Assembly (NCBI RefSeq): GCF_009914755.1
Contig: NC_060927.1
Source of the DNA: the human T2T-CHM13v2.0 reference genome, Homo sapiens
Reading direction: 5' to 3' (one strand)
Length of the DNA: 64,000 nucleotides
Shown: piece by piece, positions 1-14,400 of the stretch
How positions within the stretch are numbered: position 1 is the stretch's first letter
Layout: every line of letters starts with the position of its first letter
Position numbers and translations under genes: made by a program
The notes under the pieces: generated by a model
Databases searched by the model: none
Told to the model about the DNA's origin: nothing
Seen by the model: only the letters and a program-made list of their open reading frames with translations

Positions 1-884
1 ATTCCACGGGAGACATGAAGGTATAGAGTTTACACTTGCCATCTTTTTTGGAGGAATACTGTTATTTGATTTTTGCTGTTTTTTAAAGAACAGTAATTCA
101 TAGTGCTTGGAAATTCCACTTTTCTCTTTACTACTCTGAATCCCATTTCTTAGTCCTACACACTCAAAGCAGCACATTACTGTTTTTAAAGTCCTATAAA
201 AATTTAGTGATCTTAAATATTTTTAAGAATAAAGAGAAGTCTAATAGTGGAATAAATCATGAACATTCACTTCAGTTCTCTTCTGCTTAGCACTGTAATA
301 AATATAATCATACTAATCATTGACAGTACAAATGATAGGATTTTTATTGTGAGATAATTTCTGTCCTGACTGGTTGGTTGGACTGTTTCTTTTGAATCAA
401 AGTGTGCAATTTAGAATAGACCTTAAATATGCATTGACATAAAATTAATTCATTTCATTGATAGGCAAGGACAATCTTGAAGTTATATCTTCACATGAAA
501 TATGCCAAGGATGAGGTTGACCCGAGGGTTCTCATCTGTAGCAAAAGACTTTCTATCATGGCTGTTAGTAAGAATTCAGGAATGCTATTCTTTAGCAAAA
601 GGAATTTCTTGCTAACGTAGTTAAGACATCTCTCTCCTGAATTTGTGCTGCTGAGGGGATCCTTCACCACCATAATTCTTTCAAAGCTCATTTCTGACTT
701 TTTAAAAATTATTCAAAAAAATTTAGAAGAATTGTATTTATTCTAAGTTGAACATTAAGTTTAGGCTTATTAAAGGAGTTCTTCAGAATCTTACACACTC
801 ATTGTAGCAACCATGAAGAGCCAGCCACTGTTGACAGGTAAAATCTTTCATGCCATAGATTATTCTTGGAATTCAACCATTAGA

Positions 885-1632
885 ATTATATATAATATAT
901 ATATTTATATAATATATAAATATATTTATATAATATATATTATACATATTTTATATAATAATATATGTTATATATAAATATAATATATATTATATTCTAT
1001 AATATATATTATAGAATAAAATATATATTATATTCTATAATATATATTTTATAATAAAATATATATTATATTCTATAATATATAATATATATTATATAAT
1101 ATAATATATATTATATTCTATAATATATAATATATATTATATAATAAAATATATATTATATTATATAATATAATATATATTTATATAATAAAATATATTA
1201 TATAATATATATTATATTATATAATATAATATATATTTATATTATATAATATATATTATATTATATAATATAATATATATTTATATTAATATATATTATA
1301 TTATATAATATAATATATATTATATAATAAAATATATTATATAATATATATTATATTATATAATAAAATATATTATAAAATATATATTATATTATATAAT
1401 AATATAAATATATTATAAAATATATATTATATTATATAATAATATATATATTATATTTATATAATTTATATTATATTATATTTATATAATATATATTATA
1501 TTATATAATATAATATATATTATATTTATATAATTTATATTATATTTATATTATATATTATATAATATATATTATATATATATAATATGTAATATATATA
1601 AATATATAGTATATATAATATATATATATATA
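885..1632. repeat. AT-rich (TA)n-derived low-complexity/minisatellite tract
   Basis: About 750 bp almost entirely A/T with recurring units such as ATATATATTATATTCTATAAT and ATAATAAAATATATTAT. Confidence 0.95.
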
Positions 1633-2219
1633 AATGCCTTATGTCCTTATAGTAAGTCTCACTGAGATGGGAGTAGGCATTTGGGTTCTGGCACAAATTC
1701 ACAGTGTGATCATGGGAATATCATTTAAAAATCTCTGGGCCTTAGCTTTCCTGTTTTTAAAATGAGTTTATTCTTTCAAAAGCTCTAAAAATCCTCACAA
1801 CTCTAGCAGTATGATTTGTACCTTTATGTGAAAGAAATGCTCCAAACCAAGTTTCACTGGTATTATAAAAAGGAGGGAAGGAGGTGGGTAAGAAAACACC
1901 GGACCTGGGGAAAGATGGGGAAAAGGACTATTAAATGGGGAGAAAAGAACAAATTAGCCCAGAAGAGTGAGGAGGAGGACTCGACAATTGTTGCCAGCAT
2001 AATACTTATAACAAGGGTTATTCTTGCTAACATTATTCATATTAATTTCTCTAAGTATTTAAGTTAACCATACAGAATCCTTTCATTTTTCCAGAAGGTA
2101 AACACAAAATGGAATTATGCAGAATAGATTCCTACTAATAGAACCATCTCATTGTCAATAAAATGCTACAATTTCATTCATTCTTCTAATATATGTGTTT
2201 TGTCTTTGTTTCCACCTAC

Positions 2220-2374
2220 CTTCTTCATAACTGGAAGAGACTACAGCAATTTTCACAGAATGAGGCATAAAAACTGTAAGAGAATAATATGTAGTGAATT
2301 GTCCTTTTTAGTAAACCACTTGGTTAATTAAAAGCCCTTTATGAATGGACTAGATGTACCTGAAGAGATCTGGG
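2220..2374 (-). other. OR4F: 5' exons of an OR4F4/OR4F5/OR4F17-type olfactory receptor gene (exon 1 2360-2374; exon 2 2220-2273 with ATG AAG AAG); main coding exon lies left of the window
   Basis: Minus strand reads CCCAGATCTCTTCAG|GTACAT and CAG|TTTTTATGCC...TTATGAAGAAG|GTAGGT, with canonical splice sites. The 15 and 54 bp sizes and the MKK start match my recollection of OR4F5 upstream exons. Confidence 0.7.
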
Positions 2375-3126
2375 AATAGCCAGTCTGAGCTTTGTGTACT
2401 GAGACTAACTTTTATAGTCTCACAAGTTTTCCCTTGGCCATTAGAGAAAACACACAGAATTTTCCTGAGTGAGAGGACATTGCCACAATTTTTTGGCCTA
2501 TTTGGATATTTTTGCTATCTCACTGAGTCTAAAGGTGCTGTTTAAAGAATCACAGCAAAACAAATATAATAAAGTTACAAAATTAAAATCCAGATAGGTT
2601 AACAAGAGAGTAAGTAATAATGCTTCGATTTTATAAAAAGAGGAATGCTTAGAACTTTTATGACCAACTTGCGGAGAAAATATAGAAAAATTGCTTTAAC
2701 CAATAAAAAACCTCACTTCTTGTAACTTATTTTATTTTGCATCTTTAATTACCATGCAGTAGTTAAAAGTGAGCTGAGTGAGTCACCACAATTTATGTTT
2801 CTTAAAATAGTCATAGAAATACATCCAAGTGATGTCTCAGTTGTGTTCCTTGACCACCAAACTTACCAGGTTTTACCTGAAAGATGTCAATCGCCTTCTT
2901 TGTCCTAAGCACCTTAAGTTAAGCACAGGCACATTAAATGTGCTTTTAAGATCTCAATGGGGTCTCTTCTCCAGGAAATAAATCTCTTCCTATACTTTTA
3001 GGTTGTAGATGCTTTTTAAGAGTGACTCGAGAAATGCTTTGAAGAAGATTTCAAGGGCAATAGGATTGTGTTGTTAAAAAAGTGTAACATAGACAAATTT
3101 TGCATAATACAGAGTACTAGAGTCTA

Positions 3127-3366
3127 TTTTTTTTATTATACTTTAAGTTCTAGGGTACATGTGCACAATGTGCAGGTTAGTTACATATGTATACATGTGC
3201 CATGTGGGTGTGCTGCACCCATTAACTCGTCATTTAACACTAGTTATATCTCCTAATGCTATCCCTCCCCCTTCCCCCCACCCCACAACAGGCCCCGGTG
3301 TGTGATGTTCCCCTTCCTGTGTCCATGTGTTCTCATTGTTCAATTCCCACCTATAAGTGAGAACAT
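3127..3366 (-). mobile_element. L1PA 3' end, 5'-truncated
   Basis: Poly-T followed by ATTATACTTTAAGTTCTAGGGTACATGTGCACAA...GTTCAATTCCCACCTATAAGTGAGAACAT, the reverse complement of the L1PA 3' UTR. Confidence 0.9.
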
Positions 3367-3904
3367 TGTACAAAACATATTGACAATCAGCCTGAAAATA
3401 ATACTTAAGGGTTGTAACAAGCTGTTGACCTTACCATTTATCTAACTTAAAGTACAATTAAAATAAAAATTGTTTCTTCCTTGATTTTGGCATTTACTAA
3501 TTTATATAAACTCATATTTTATCCATTGGATCCACATAATTTCCATAAGAAAATTAATTTCCAGTGATGCTTATTATCAGCATAAAAATACTGATAAATA
3601 AACCTAGGTCATATATATGTGTATGTGCTTATATACAGATATAAAATAACTACATCAAAATTAAAGATAGTCATTGCTGTTAATTAGATACACACATTAG
3701 ATAGAAATATATACTTTTTATGATTAACAAAAAATGTTGCAACTTTATCTGAAATACAATTCTTAGATTTAATGCATCCTTTTTGCAGATTTTTCAGTTT
3801 TTTCAGGCAATACTAAAAATGTGCGCGTTCCATAGTGATCATGGTGATCACAGGAGTCTTGATGGTCCATGGCATTTATCGTGTGCTCTCATCAACCAAA
3901 TGTG

Positions 3905-4842
3905 TTATGTCGTCTCCATAGAATTTAAAATATGTTGATTCAGCCTTCTCATTGCAAACTTCATATCTTTGTTCCTTAAAGTATAGATGGCAGGATTTAA
4001 GACAGGGGTGACAACAAAGTTCATGATGGCAAAAAATTTATCCAATGACTTAGTAGGGAAAGGCCACACGTAGAGAAACATGCATGGAGCAAAAAACAAA
4101 ACCACTACGGTGATGTGAGCCTACGAAGTGAAGAATGCTTTGGATAAATCATTTGAGGAATGTCGTTGGACAGTGACCAGAATAAAAATGTATGATACAA
4201 TTAAGAAAAAGAAGGTGCCCATCGATATGAATCCACTGTTGGCAGTGACCACAAATTCTAGCCCGTAAGTGTCCATGCATGCAAGTTTAATAACCCGAGG
4301 AAAATCACAATAAAAGCTCCCCACATTATTAGGGCCACAGAAGGTTAATTTATGACAAAAACAAACTGAGACATAGCATGAATCACCCCAATGACCCAAG
4401 CTGCTGCTACCAAAAACATGCACATTTTGGGATTCATAATAGTTGGATAGTGGAGAGGCTTGCAGATCGCAGTGTACCTATCATATTCCATGACTATCAG
4501 CAGCACCATTTCAACTCCTCCCGTAACATGGATAAAGAACTTTTGTATCGTACAATTATGGAAGGAAATAACTTTACAATCAGTAAAAAGATCGTAGATC
4601 AACCTAGGAACTGTGGTAGATGAAAGGCTCAAGTCAATGAGCGATAGGTTGGCCAGCAGAATATACATGGGGGAGTGTAAGTGAGGATCAAAGATCACTG
4701 TGAACACAATGAAGAGGTTTCCCAGGATAATTCCCACATAGAATAAAGAGAAGAAGAGAAAAAGGAAAAACTGCATTTCCAAGGATTGTGCAAGTCCAAG
4801 TAATACAAATTCTGTTACCAGAGAGTCATTTACTTGGTCCAC
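3905..4842 (-). pseudogene. OR4G: Olfactory receptor family 4 subfamily G pseudogene (OR4G11P-like)
   Basis: OR motifs [30 protein letters not shown] and PVLNPAIYTLRNKDMK are split over three ORFs. Start codon is GTG (4840-4842), there is a 1-bp frameshift near 4345, and an in-frame TAG at 4121-4123. Confidence 0.95.
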
Positions 4843-5638
4843 TGAATCAGATAGAAGGGAAGACTGTGAAGCAACCTGAAAGAAACGAAGGAATCAACTT
4901 AGTGTGACTGAAAATAATGCGTTAAGTGTTAATGATTTAAAATTTATTATTAACAAATCTTTTATTTGATAGTAGATTATTTAAAAACTAGTGGGAACCC
5001 AGGGTATAAAAGGTTAATGTAATATGGACAAAGCTGTGCTCAGAGGCAGTCTATTGCTTTAAATGTTCTCAATTGCTCAAATAGATGAACTTATTAGCAT
5101 CTTAAGAAACTGGAAAAGAATGCATAAAAACTCAAAAAATTCAAGCCAAAAAAGGTAAAAAACAAAAATAAGGAAATATGAAATCCCAGAAAATGGCAAG
5201 ATTGTATACCAATATATACAAATAAATGGTTTAAAAAATACAGAATCTTTAAAAATGCAATCAATAATAACATTAAATAAAAATTAGAATACAAATGCAT
5301 AATTACGGTTAAGGCATCTCTGAAAGCTGTTTCCTACATGTGCCTATAATGATCTACCCCAAACTAACACGTGAATCATACTTGAATTTGAAATGCTGTA
5401 GAGACAAAAGGTTGATATCTTCATAGTATAAAAAAGAATTTAAACAGTTTCACAAAATCTCCAAGACCTAATAAATGAACAAATGAAATGAAGGAAGAAT
5501 TAAAATGTAAGCTATACGTGTATTTGTATATACAGATATGTGTGTGTGTGTGTGTGTGTATGTGTGTCTTAGAAATCAAAGAAATATGATAAAATGTAAT
5601 ACTATTATGTTTCTGTTACATTAGGAAAAAGTTTTACA

Positions 5639-5942
<304 letters not shown>

Positions 5943-7106
5943 TTACAATTTTTATTACCCAAACTGGCTAAGGATCAGAGAAATTGGCACTTTTATACGC
6001 TGCTGGAGGGAATATAGACTGATTCAAACCTTAAAGAAAATATTTTGAAATCATGTATCAAGAATGTTAAGTCCATGCCTTTTGGTGCAATAATACTCTT
6101 GGAATTCTATTTTTACAGAAGTTTTCAGCATAAAAATATTCATCATACTTTGTTGACAGTGATAAAATCTTGAAACGATTTAAATACCAAACATTAGGTT
6201 TAAGTATAGTGTATGTACATGACGGACTGTAATAACAGTTATTAAAATAAATATCAATAGAAGCATTTATAATAACAATGGAAAGACTTTTCTTAAAAAT
6301 ACTAAGAGTAATAATGGTAAAGAAATTGCATAGTACAACATGTTAATTAACAGTAGTTGCTTTTGATTTTTAAAAGAGCTTTACAAAGCTCTAAAGCTCT
6401 CTTTCTAGATTTTGAAATATCTTTTTGTATACATATTATATTTTTTTTTACAAAACATCAAATGGCATAGAAAGTTGAAGGAATAAATGGTTTATTAAGA
6501 ATTTTGAAAACTAGGATTGACTCATAGGAGACTAAACCAACTAAAGAAATGAAGAACTCTACTACTTCCCTCATTTAATCAATCATTTTTATAATGACTA
6601 GAATTTTTTCATAGATGGGATTCTCAAGGAGGTATAGTTAAGTAAGTGAAGGGTCTTGATTAAACGTCTTGAACTTTGCATAATGCTACCATGAAATGGA
6701 AACCTTTTGAGACATTCCATCCAGGCAGTTGACAAAGCATCTTGCCTGCCTCACTTTGACCAGAGCTGGCCATACTGAACGAATTCTGGTAATCATTAAA
6801 TAATTATAAGAAAAATTAATGCTCAGGTGCTCTCATCAAGTTCAGAGTGAGTGAGGTTAGTAATGATGAAGTGGGAAATATTAAGAGATACACAATAAAT
6901 GGTCAAAGAAATGCAATATAGTACAATGGGATAAGAAGAGATAATATTTTGGGAAGAATACAGCAGATGGAAACAAATAGATTTGATTTCTATCTCCACA
7001 ATATGCATGCATTTTTTTAAACTCTCAGTGAATTTGTGCATGGCTTTCTACCTTCTCTCATCTAGATATTCTCCTAAATGCTTTTTCCAGCATTTTCTGA
7101 ATGAAA

Positions 7107-7424
7107 TACATATGGATGGTCCCTGGCTTGTGATAGTTTGACTTATAATTGTTTGACTTTACAATGGTGAGAAAGTGACATGCATTCAGAAGAAACTGTA
7201 CTTGAGTATAGTAGTCAGTATATTACGTGAGCTATTCAATATTTTATTATAAAATAGGCTTTGTATTAGGTGATCTTATATAAGCTAATGAAAGTGTTCT
7301 GAGCACATTTAAGGTAGGCTAGGCCAAACTATGATGTGAGGTACATTAGGAATATTAAATGCATTTTTGACTTATGATGGATTTATCAGGACATAACCCT
7401 ATTATAAGTCAGAGAGCATCTGTA
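7107..7424. mobile_element. TcMar-Tigger family MITE (MER47-like)
   Basis: Ends ...GATGGTCCCTGGCTT and ...ATAAGTCAGAGAGCATCTG-TA resemble the Tigger-type TIR CAGATGCTCC with a TA target; about 310 bp. Confidence 0.55.
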
Positions 7425-10400
7425 CATTTTTAACTATGTTTTACTATTTTCACTTCATTCATAGTGCTATCCCTGGACTTCTTACCCATATTTAGATCAC
7501 CCAGATCATAGGGGCTTAAGAACAAAGGATTTTGGGAGAGGAATTGAACCCGGGAAACATTATAGAGTAAATAAGATTATCCCTGGGAGGTTTCATGGAA
7601 ATGTCCTTTATGCTGCTGAGCAGAAGGTGTTTGGTGACTTGCTAAGCTCAACACCAATTCATAAATAGTTATTTATAAAGAAATGAAGTTGAAGCTGAAG
7701 AATCATGTTTACTGCTTAGGATCAAGTGTTTTATCCTGTTAAAACTAAGATACAATATATAAACCAAGCACTCTAGGACTCTCATCATGAAAGTGATATT
7801 TCATCTTATAAGAGCAATTCCAAAACAAAAGCAATTAATGTCTGAATTACTTTGTCATATTTGGAGATTCCTATTACTACTGAAATTCATATTGCTACTG
7901 AAATGGTGTTTGTCTTGGAGTGTGAGTGATAATTAATTTTCTTAAAGAGGAAAATCCCAAACTACATGAACCTATTAGTCTAAAGACTGAAAAATTCTCT
8001 TTATAACATGAACATTTGCCATTTTAAAATAAAACAATCGCAATCCAAAATATGAAACTATGGGCGTTCAATATCAGTGTGAAGGAGGCAGAGTCCATAG
8101 AATGTTTAAAGAGAGTAAAAAGGAAAGGGAAGAACAAAGATGAATTGGAAAGAAATTTGGAGAATAAAAGAAGGGTCAGGGGAAGGAATAAGAAAGAATC
8201 CTAAAGAAAAAACAGGATAAAATGATGATCAAAAGAAGCATTGGTGGAACATGGTACATCTTTACTTAGGTTACCTTCAGGCTTAAAGCAATATACATTG
8301 ATGCATTATGAACACCTGAGAGAGTAGATTTTACTTGAGTTTTCATACACTGTTTATGTATATTGTCACTGCAAACATGGAAAGTAAAAGAAAAGCTGTA
8401 GGAAATAGTCACTGATATGTGGAGAAAAGTTAAGAGTTTAAGCTTGTGAGTGAATAAGTGTGATAATGAGGTATGGTGTGATTGAATGTATAGTTGGATA
8501 TCACTGGCAGTGGTTCAGCTAACCAACAGGTGAGTTCTCTTCTAAAAGAATTAGGGAATAAGTGATCAAAATATGCTTTAGCCTCCAGGCAGTATTTTAC
8601 TTATTCTAATATTTGTAGCTTTTCATAAATGTAAAATTAAAGTCCATGAGTGCAGGGAAACTTTTTGCATTGTTCAGTGCATAATTACTTGCCTAAAACA
8701 GTGCCTGTCTCATAGAAAAAGCTCAAGAAATACTTGATGAATGAACTTTCTAAAAACAGCATAATAAATTGTCAATATGAGAAATAAAATATTAGCCCCC
8801 ACAAAAATAGAGAGAAATTGCATTTTAAAGTACTCCTTCACAAGCTTGTACTTGTTGATGAAAACTCAGTTGCATAAAAAAGGGAGTATTTAAATAAGTG
8901 AAGAAAGTCCTACCCATTCTGTTACAAACATTTGGAATTATTACATTTTATTGTTGAAGAAATCCTGATGACCCAAAGGAGCTTGTCTAGAGGAAAAGAC
9001 CATGTGTTTGATTTCTCTGCCTTCTTAGGAAACACTGATGACTTTGGAAAGCTTCTAGGAGTTCTTCAGAAGCCAAGTTTCCATAGAGTTTGTCATCTTT
9101 CCTATTGGAGATTTAAAATTTGTCAGTCATTTAGGGTCTGGGACACATATCTTCAAACAGGAAATGCAGACTTATATTAAACAAAAAGGATGTTCAGAAT
9201 TATAGTTTTGTATAGAAGTGGGAAAGAACTTTGAGATTCTACAGGTAGAATGAGAAACAACACAGTGTGGTTAAATGGCTAACAATACATTCAAGAAGTC
9301 AGAATCAGAAGGCAGACCTCCTAAATTCCAGTTTAATGATCTTTCTCAATAGTGGTCTATGCTTTCTTGGTAGAAACAGTCTTTAAAAAAATCTAGAAGC
9401 ATATATGTTTGACAGGATCACTCTAACCTATTGGAAGAACCCTCTTATTCCTTGAGTTCTTATTTTGTTTAAAATAAAATTAGCATTCACTTCCTAAAAT
9501 ATTATTTCTTCTTTTTCACTGGGCATTGCTCTTCCCAATTCCCTTTCTTATTTCTTCAACCTGGAACAGTTCCATTTCAGAATTCATAGCCATCAGCTCC
9601 TCTGTACCCTCCCCTGGGATGAGGCCAAATCTTTCTGAATCTGAGATAGCCTCTCAGCCTATGCATTGGCTGGAGTGTTCCAATGTGGAGGAAGGTAATA
9701 CCAAAAGAGAGAGAATCACACCAGACTGTGGGAGGTAAAGACTTGAGATTCCCTTCCTCTGGTTTAAAACTAAATCTGGTTTTCAAATAGGATGGAAATA
9801 GACGAGATCACACATCTCCTTTTCAGAGTGGAAAATGAAGTTTATAATGAATTGGAGAGCATGAAAGTTAGAAAACTACACATCTTTAAAGAACTTCATA
9901 CTAGGGACAAACTGAAATTATCATAGGGGTTTATATGTGGGATTAGTTTTATAAGACATAATATAATTTAATGATTAAAATTTGAAAATAAGAGATAGTG
10001 TGGAAGAAAAAGATAAAATATTTCAGAAAGCAGAAGATTTTGGGCACAAATATGTTACAGAAGAGAAGAAATTGAAAGGGAGTTTAGAAGGATAGAGAGA
10101 AGCAACCACGACAGGGAAGGTTTTGTAATTAAAAGCATCTCTTTTACCTGTCTTTTCAGTCATAGGATGTGCATTTTTAGGAGAAGGAGAAATTCAGATA
10201 GCTTAATCTTCATTTATGTAATACCCCAAAGACAAAGCTATATATAAGATTCTTCATATTGGAAAGGAAGCTAATTAGCTGCACAGGAGAGGGACCCACT
10301 GATGCTGCTGAGACAGACAATACCCAGCCCATTATTAGTTTCTCTTGGGGACTAGATCTCTGAGTCACACAATTTCCCCTTGACAAAAGTATCAAAAGAA

Positions 10401-12863
10401 TTGCCTGCTGATGAAATAGGGGGAAGGAAGGAAGGATTTGAGGTACTACATTGGCTAGTAAAAAAGAATCCCCATTTAGCATGGGTAATCTTAGTGTGTG
10501 AATTGTTCGGAATGACTGAGATGAGGGAGTGAAAATATATTCAGGGTGGACAGACATACCTTCACTTATGGCACCATGAATGAAATTTGAAGAAATAAAT
10601 ATAAAACATCTGATCTTTAAATACAATGCCTGTAATTGATAACAGGTGAATAAATGGATCCTTCTCCTGTTATCAGTTATAGCAAATGTTTACCTCTGGA
10701 TGCCAACCTGTGCTCCCAAAGTTTAGTGTGTTGGGGTTGAAGGTTTCTTTGAAAGTTTTTGACCTTTGTCCTTCCTGAATTGACTGGCTACAATTAAAAT
10801 TTGTATTTTTTTTTGGATCAGTTTTTTCAGAGGTATTGGAAAAACATATACAAATATAAAAGAAAAAATAGAATCATTCTGAGTTTCTGTAACAAGAGTG
10901 TGTTTCCATGAGGGTGAGGTAATCATTCACAAAAGGACCTGTATTGAGCCATTGAGACAAGCCTAGTGGATACCCCTGGAGAAGCTTGGCTTTATTATTG
11001 ATGTAAAGACACAGAAAAATCTAATCTCCAGGTTATCATGGTGGCCTGAAAGTGCAAAGGCTCCACCTTGGTTTACAGTGGCATTTGTTTAGAGCTGTAT
11101 TTCATTTTCTCTTGTTCAGAAATGAGGAAAATGATTTTCTCTAGAACAGCAGCAGAATAAGAAATGTTGGTTGATCCCAAATTAATTTTTGAAAAATAGT
11201 AACATTCCAAAAATACGTAAGCAAGATAAAAACTGCAGAATAATGTGGGCAGAAATATTTTTTAAAATTAGGATACACAGTCAGTTACATGGATTATTGT
11301 CTACCTAAGATGAGGTAAAACAGTGTAGGTGCTTAGGGAAACCACAACTACAGTGACGTGAGAGGAAAATCTGTTCTATTGCCCCCACAGAGGTCTCTTC
11401 TGCAACACAATGAGCAGTACGTAAGTCATTCTGATGTGCCAATGTGCTCCTGTCCTGTGTGCCATTGTTCTAAGTGGGAAACTGGGGTAGCAGGCCGAAC
11501 AGCGTATTGAAATGAATGAGGGAGCATCTAGGCAGAAATAAGTTGCAGGGAGTTGGCCAGCCAGATACAGAACATGTTGTGATTTGAAGGCTGTTTCCTG
11601 AGGCATGAATCATGGGTTTTCTAGGCAGCAAAAGGCTTTTGGGCTAACAGAGAAGCTGGAGTTGTTAATGAAGAGTTCATGAGACCTAGTAGTACAAGAG
11701 AGGACTGAGAGTGATAATTTACAGGCTTCTTCACCTGAGATTGGCTCAAGATTGGAATTGGCTTAAGCTGCAAAAGGAATTCATTAGTGGATTTCACCCC
11801 AGAGACTTGAGGTGATGCAGGCAGAGGAAATTAATTGAGAATAGAAAAGGAGATTAAAAAGGAAGTTCTTTAGTCGTATGACCTGTGATTGAACGTAAGA
11901 AGAAAGCTGAAGCATCGTTCAATACATTAGTCATGTTGCAATAGTTTTACTCTTTGCTATATTTATGATGTGATAGAGGTGAACATGACAAAGTCCTGCT
12001 CATGTTGAACTTAAAATGCAATGAGGAAGACATCACTGAATGAAAAATTTTGAGGGCTGTTAGTCTTACAAAAGAGGTAATAGGTAGTGCTAGAGGAATA
12101 TACAATGGAAGGAACTCTTCTGGACTCAGGTTCTGGGAGGCCTCCCTGGTAAAATGATGAAACTGAAAGCTGAGATGTTAAGAGGCAAAACATGAAGGAC
12201 AAATATTGTATACAAAATGATTAGCTAGTGGAAAGCCCCAGAGTTGATAGAATTTGAAGTTTCCAGGCAAGTAAAAGAAAACCAAATTGGATCTGGAGTT
12301 GCAGGGAAAGAGTATGTTATTCTCTGAGACTGAAAAAAAGGAAGGAAGCCAGGTCTTGGATGGCCTACTATACCATGATAACATACCAGTTTAAGGGCAC
12401 AGAAGCATGTGAATTGTCTTTAGCAAAAGAATTACATACTTAGATTAAAAATTTTTTTTCTTTTACTGAAGCGTAGATAATAGGATTTTAAGTGGGAAGA
12501 TCGCATAGGTGACTATATTCTCTTCCAAAAATGACATAGGTAGGCTTAGACAGGAATAGTGGTGTTACAGATGAAAATAAAGGAACATATGTAAGGCTCT
12601 TTGGAAGGTAGAATAAGACTTGATGATTTATTGATTTTGGGGTACTATGGAGAAAGAAATCTATTATTTTCCCCAGATTTTGGGTTGTGCAACTAGGTAA
12701 CTAGTTGGTACAAATTATTGTGACTGAGAACACTGAAAGAAGAGTAGGTTTGAAAAGAGGAAGGCTAGTTTAGTTGCAGACTTGTTGAGTGGAAGATCTT
12801 GTGTGGCATCCAGGAAAGTAGGAGGTTAGATCTGTGGATCAGGAACTCAAGAAATAGTACCAG

Positions 12864-13060
12864 GGTCAGGTGCAATGGCTTGTCCCTGTATTCTCAGCTA
12901 CTTGGGAGGCTGAAGCAGACAGATTGCTTGAGGTCAGGAGTTTGAGACCAGCCTCAGCAACATAGTGAGACCCTGCCCCTTAAAAAAGAAAGAAAGAATG
13001 AAAGAAAGAAAAGGAAAGAAAAGGAGGAAGGAAGAAAGAAAGAAAGAAAGAAAAAATAGA
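12864..13060 (+). mobile_element. Alu monomer (FLAM) with tail expanded into (GAAA)n/(GGAA)n
   Basis: GGTCAGGTGCAATGGCT...GAGGTCAGGAGTTTGAGACCAGCC...GTGAGACCCTGCC followed by a purine-rich microsatellite. Confidence 0.85.
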
Positions 13061-14400
13061 AGGTTTGAGAGCCCCTAGTGTTTAGATGGTAATTAAAGCT
13101 GTGGGAATGGGTGATACGTAGGGATAGAATCTAAGTGAAAACAGGCCAAAGATCAAATTAGGGGCAATAGGTTGATTGGTGGTTAAGCAGATGAGGAACA
13201 CTCAACAAAAGACACAGGGAAGGACTTGCCCAGGAGGTAGGAGAAAAAGCCAGGAAGCTGTGGTGTTCCAGAAGCCCGGTAGAGTATATGAAGATGGGGG
13301 AGATTAGCAGCAATTAAGAGAAGAAATTCCCATTCATATGAGTGATAAAGCAATTAAGTAGAATAACTTAGAAAGGTTCTTGGAGAGTCACAGGACAAAA
13401 TAGCATAGGTACGGTTTCTCTTAATTGAGCTGTTATAATTTACAAAGCAGTAGAAACAAATACATGAAAAAAGTATGTGTAACTTCAATAGAGTTTTTAT
13501 TTTGAATGCAGAAATCTTCAATGAAATTGAATATGCCTCACCATTTCTAGCTTTATTCTTATCCCAAAATATCAACCACAGATGCATAGGCTCCAGGGAA
13601 TCTTTTGCCTGACTAGAAAACCTTATTTAAGAAACCAGTACCTCTAAACACATATCCTTGGGCGATTAGTCTCCTGTGAAACAACTGTTATTTCTACACA
13701 TCTATTTAGAATAAACTTGGATGATTGACTTTTGGAATGTTCTCATTTTTAGAATAATAGAGATGTAGGAAAAAGTGAAAATGCTCTGTCTGTATCTATT
13801 TAAAGTCTCGACAGCATTAAAGAAATTTATTCTCTTCCTGCAATCACTCAAATCTGAGCACAAAACTGAAATAGCATCGTAAACTGACAAAGCTCAAGGT
13901 AAAGTCAAATCTCAGTTCAGGGCTTTGCACACGTATTACATAGTTGTTTCTGTTTCTTATTCTAATTTAAACAGAAAGTAAAATGGAAATTTTAAAAATA
14001 TACTTTATTAATTTATAATTTACCTAAGTTCACATTTTATTTATTCCATCTATATGCTTACTATGAGATAAATTTATTATGTTTTGAAGCTGAAAGTAAT
14101 TACAATTAGCATGTCTCAGAAAATGTCATTCAGGAAATAGTATTTGAATATCAAGTTTACTCCTGCAAATCAGCTTGGTTTTGTATTCTTATCTCTCTTC
14201 TCAATGGAAGTATATGAAATTAATCTCTTCTCTGTGGTGGCAAGTTAAAGATACCTCTGACTTAATCAATTTCTACATGGCACCTTTGCTAAACTATCTC
14301 CCAAAATAGTAGTTCTTATCACAATAATGCTGGTAGCCATGTGACTTTCAGTGTTCTTGGTGAGACTGAATCATCTTGCACTCTGGATATGCACCATTTA

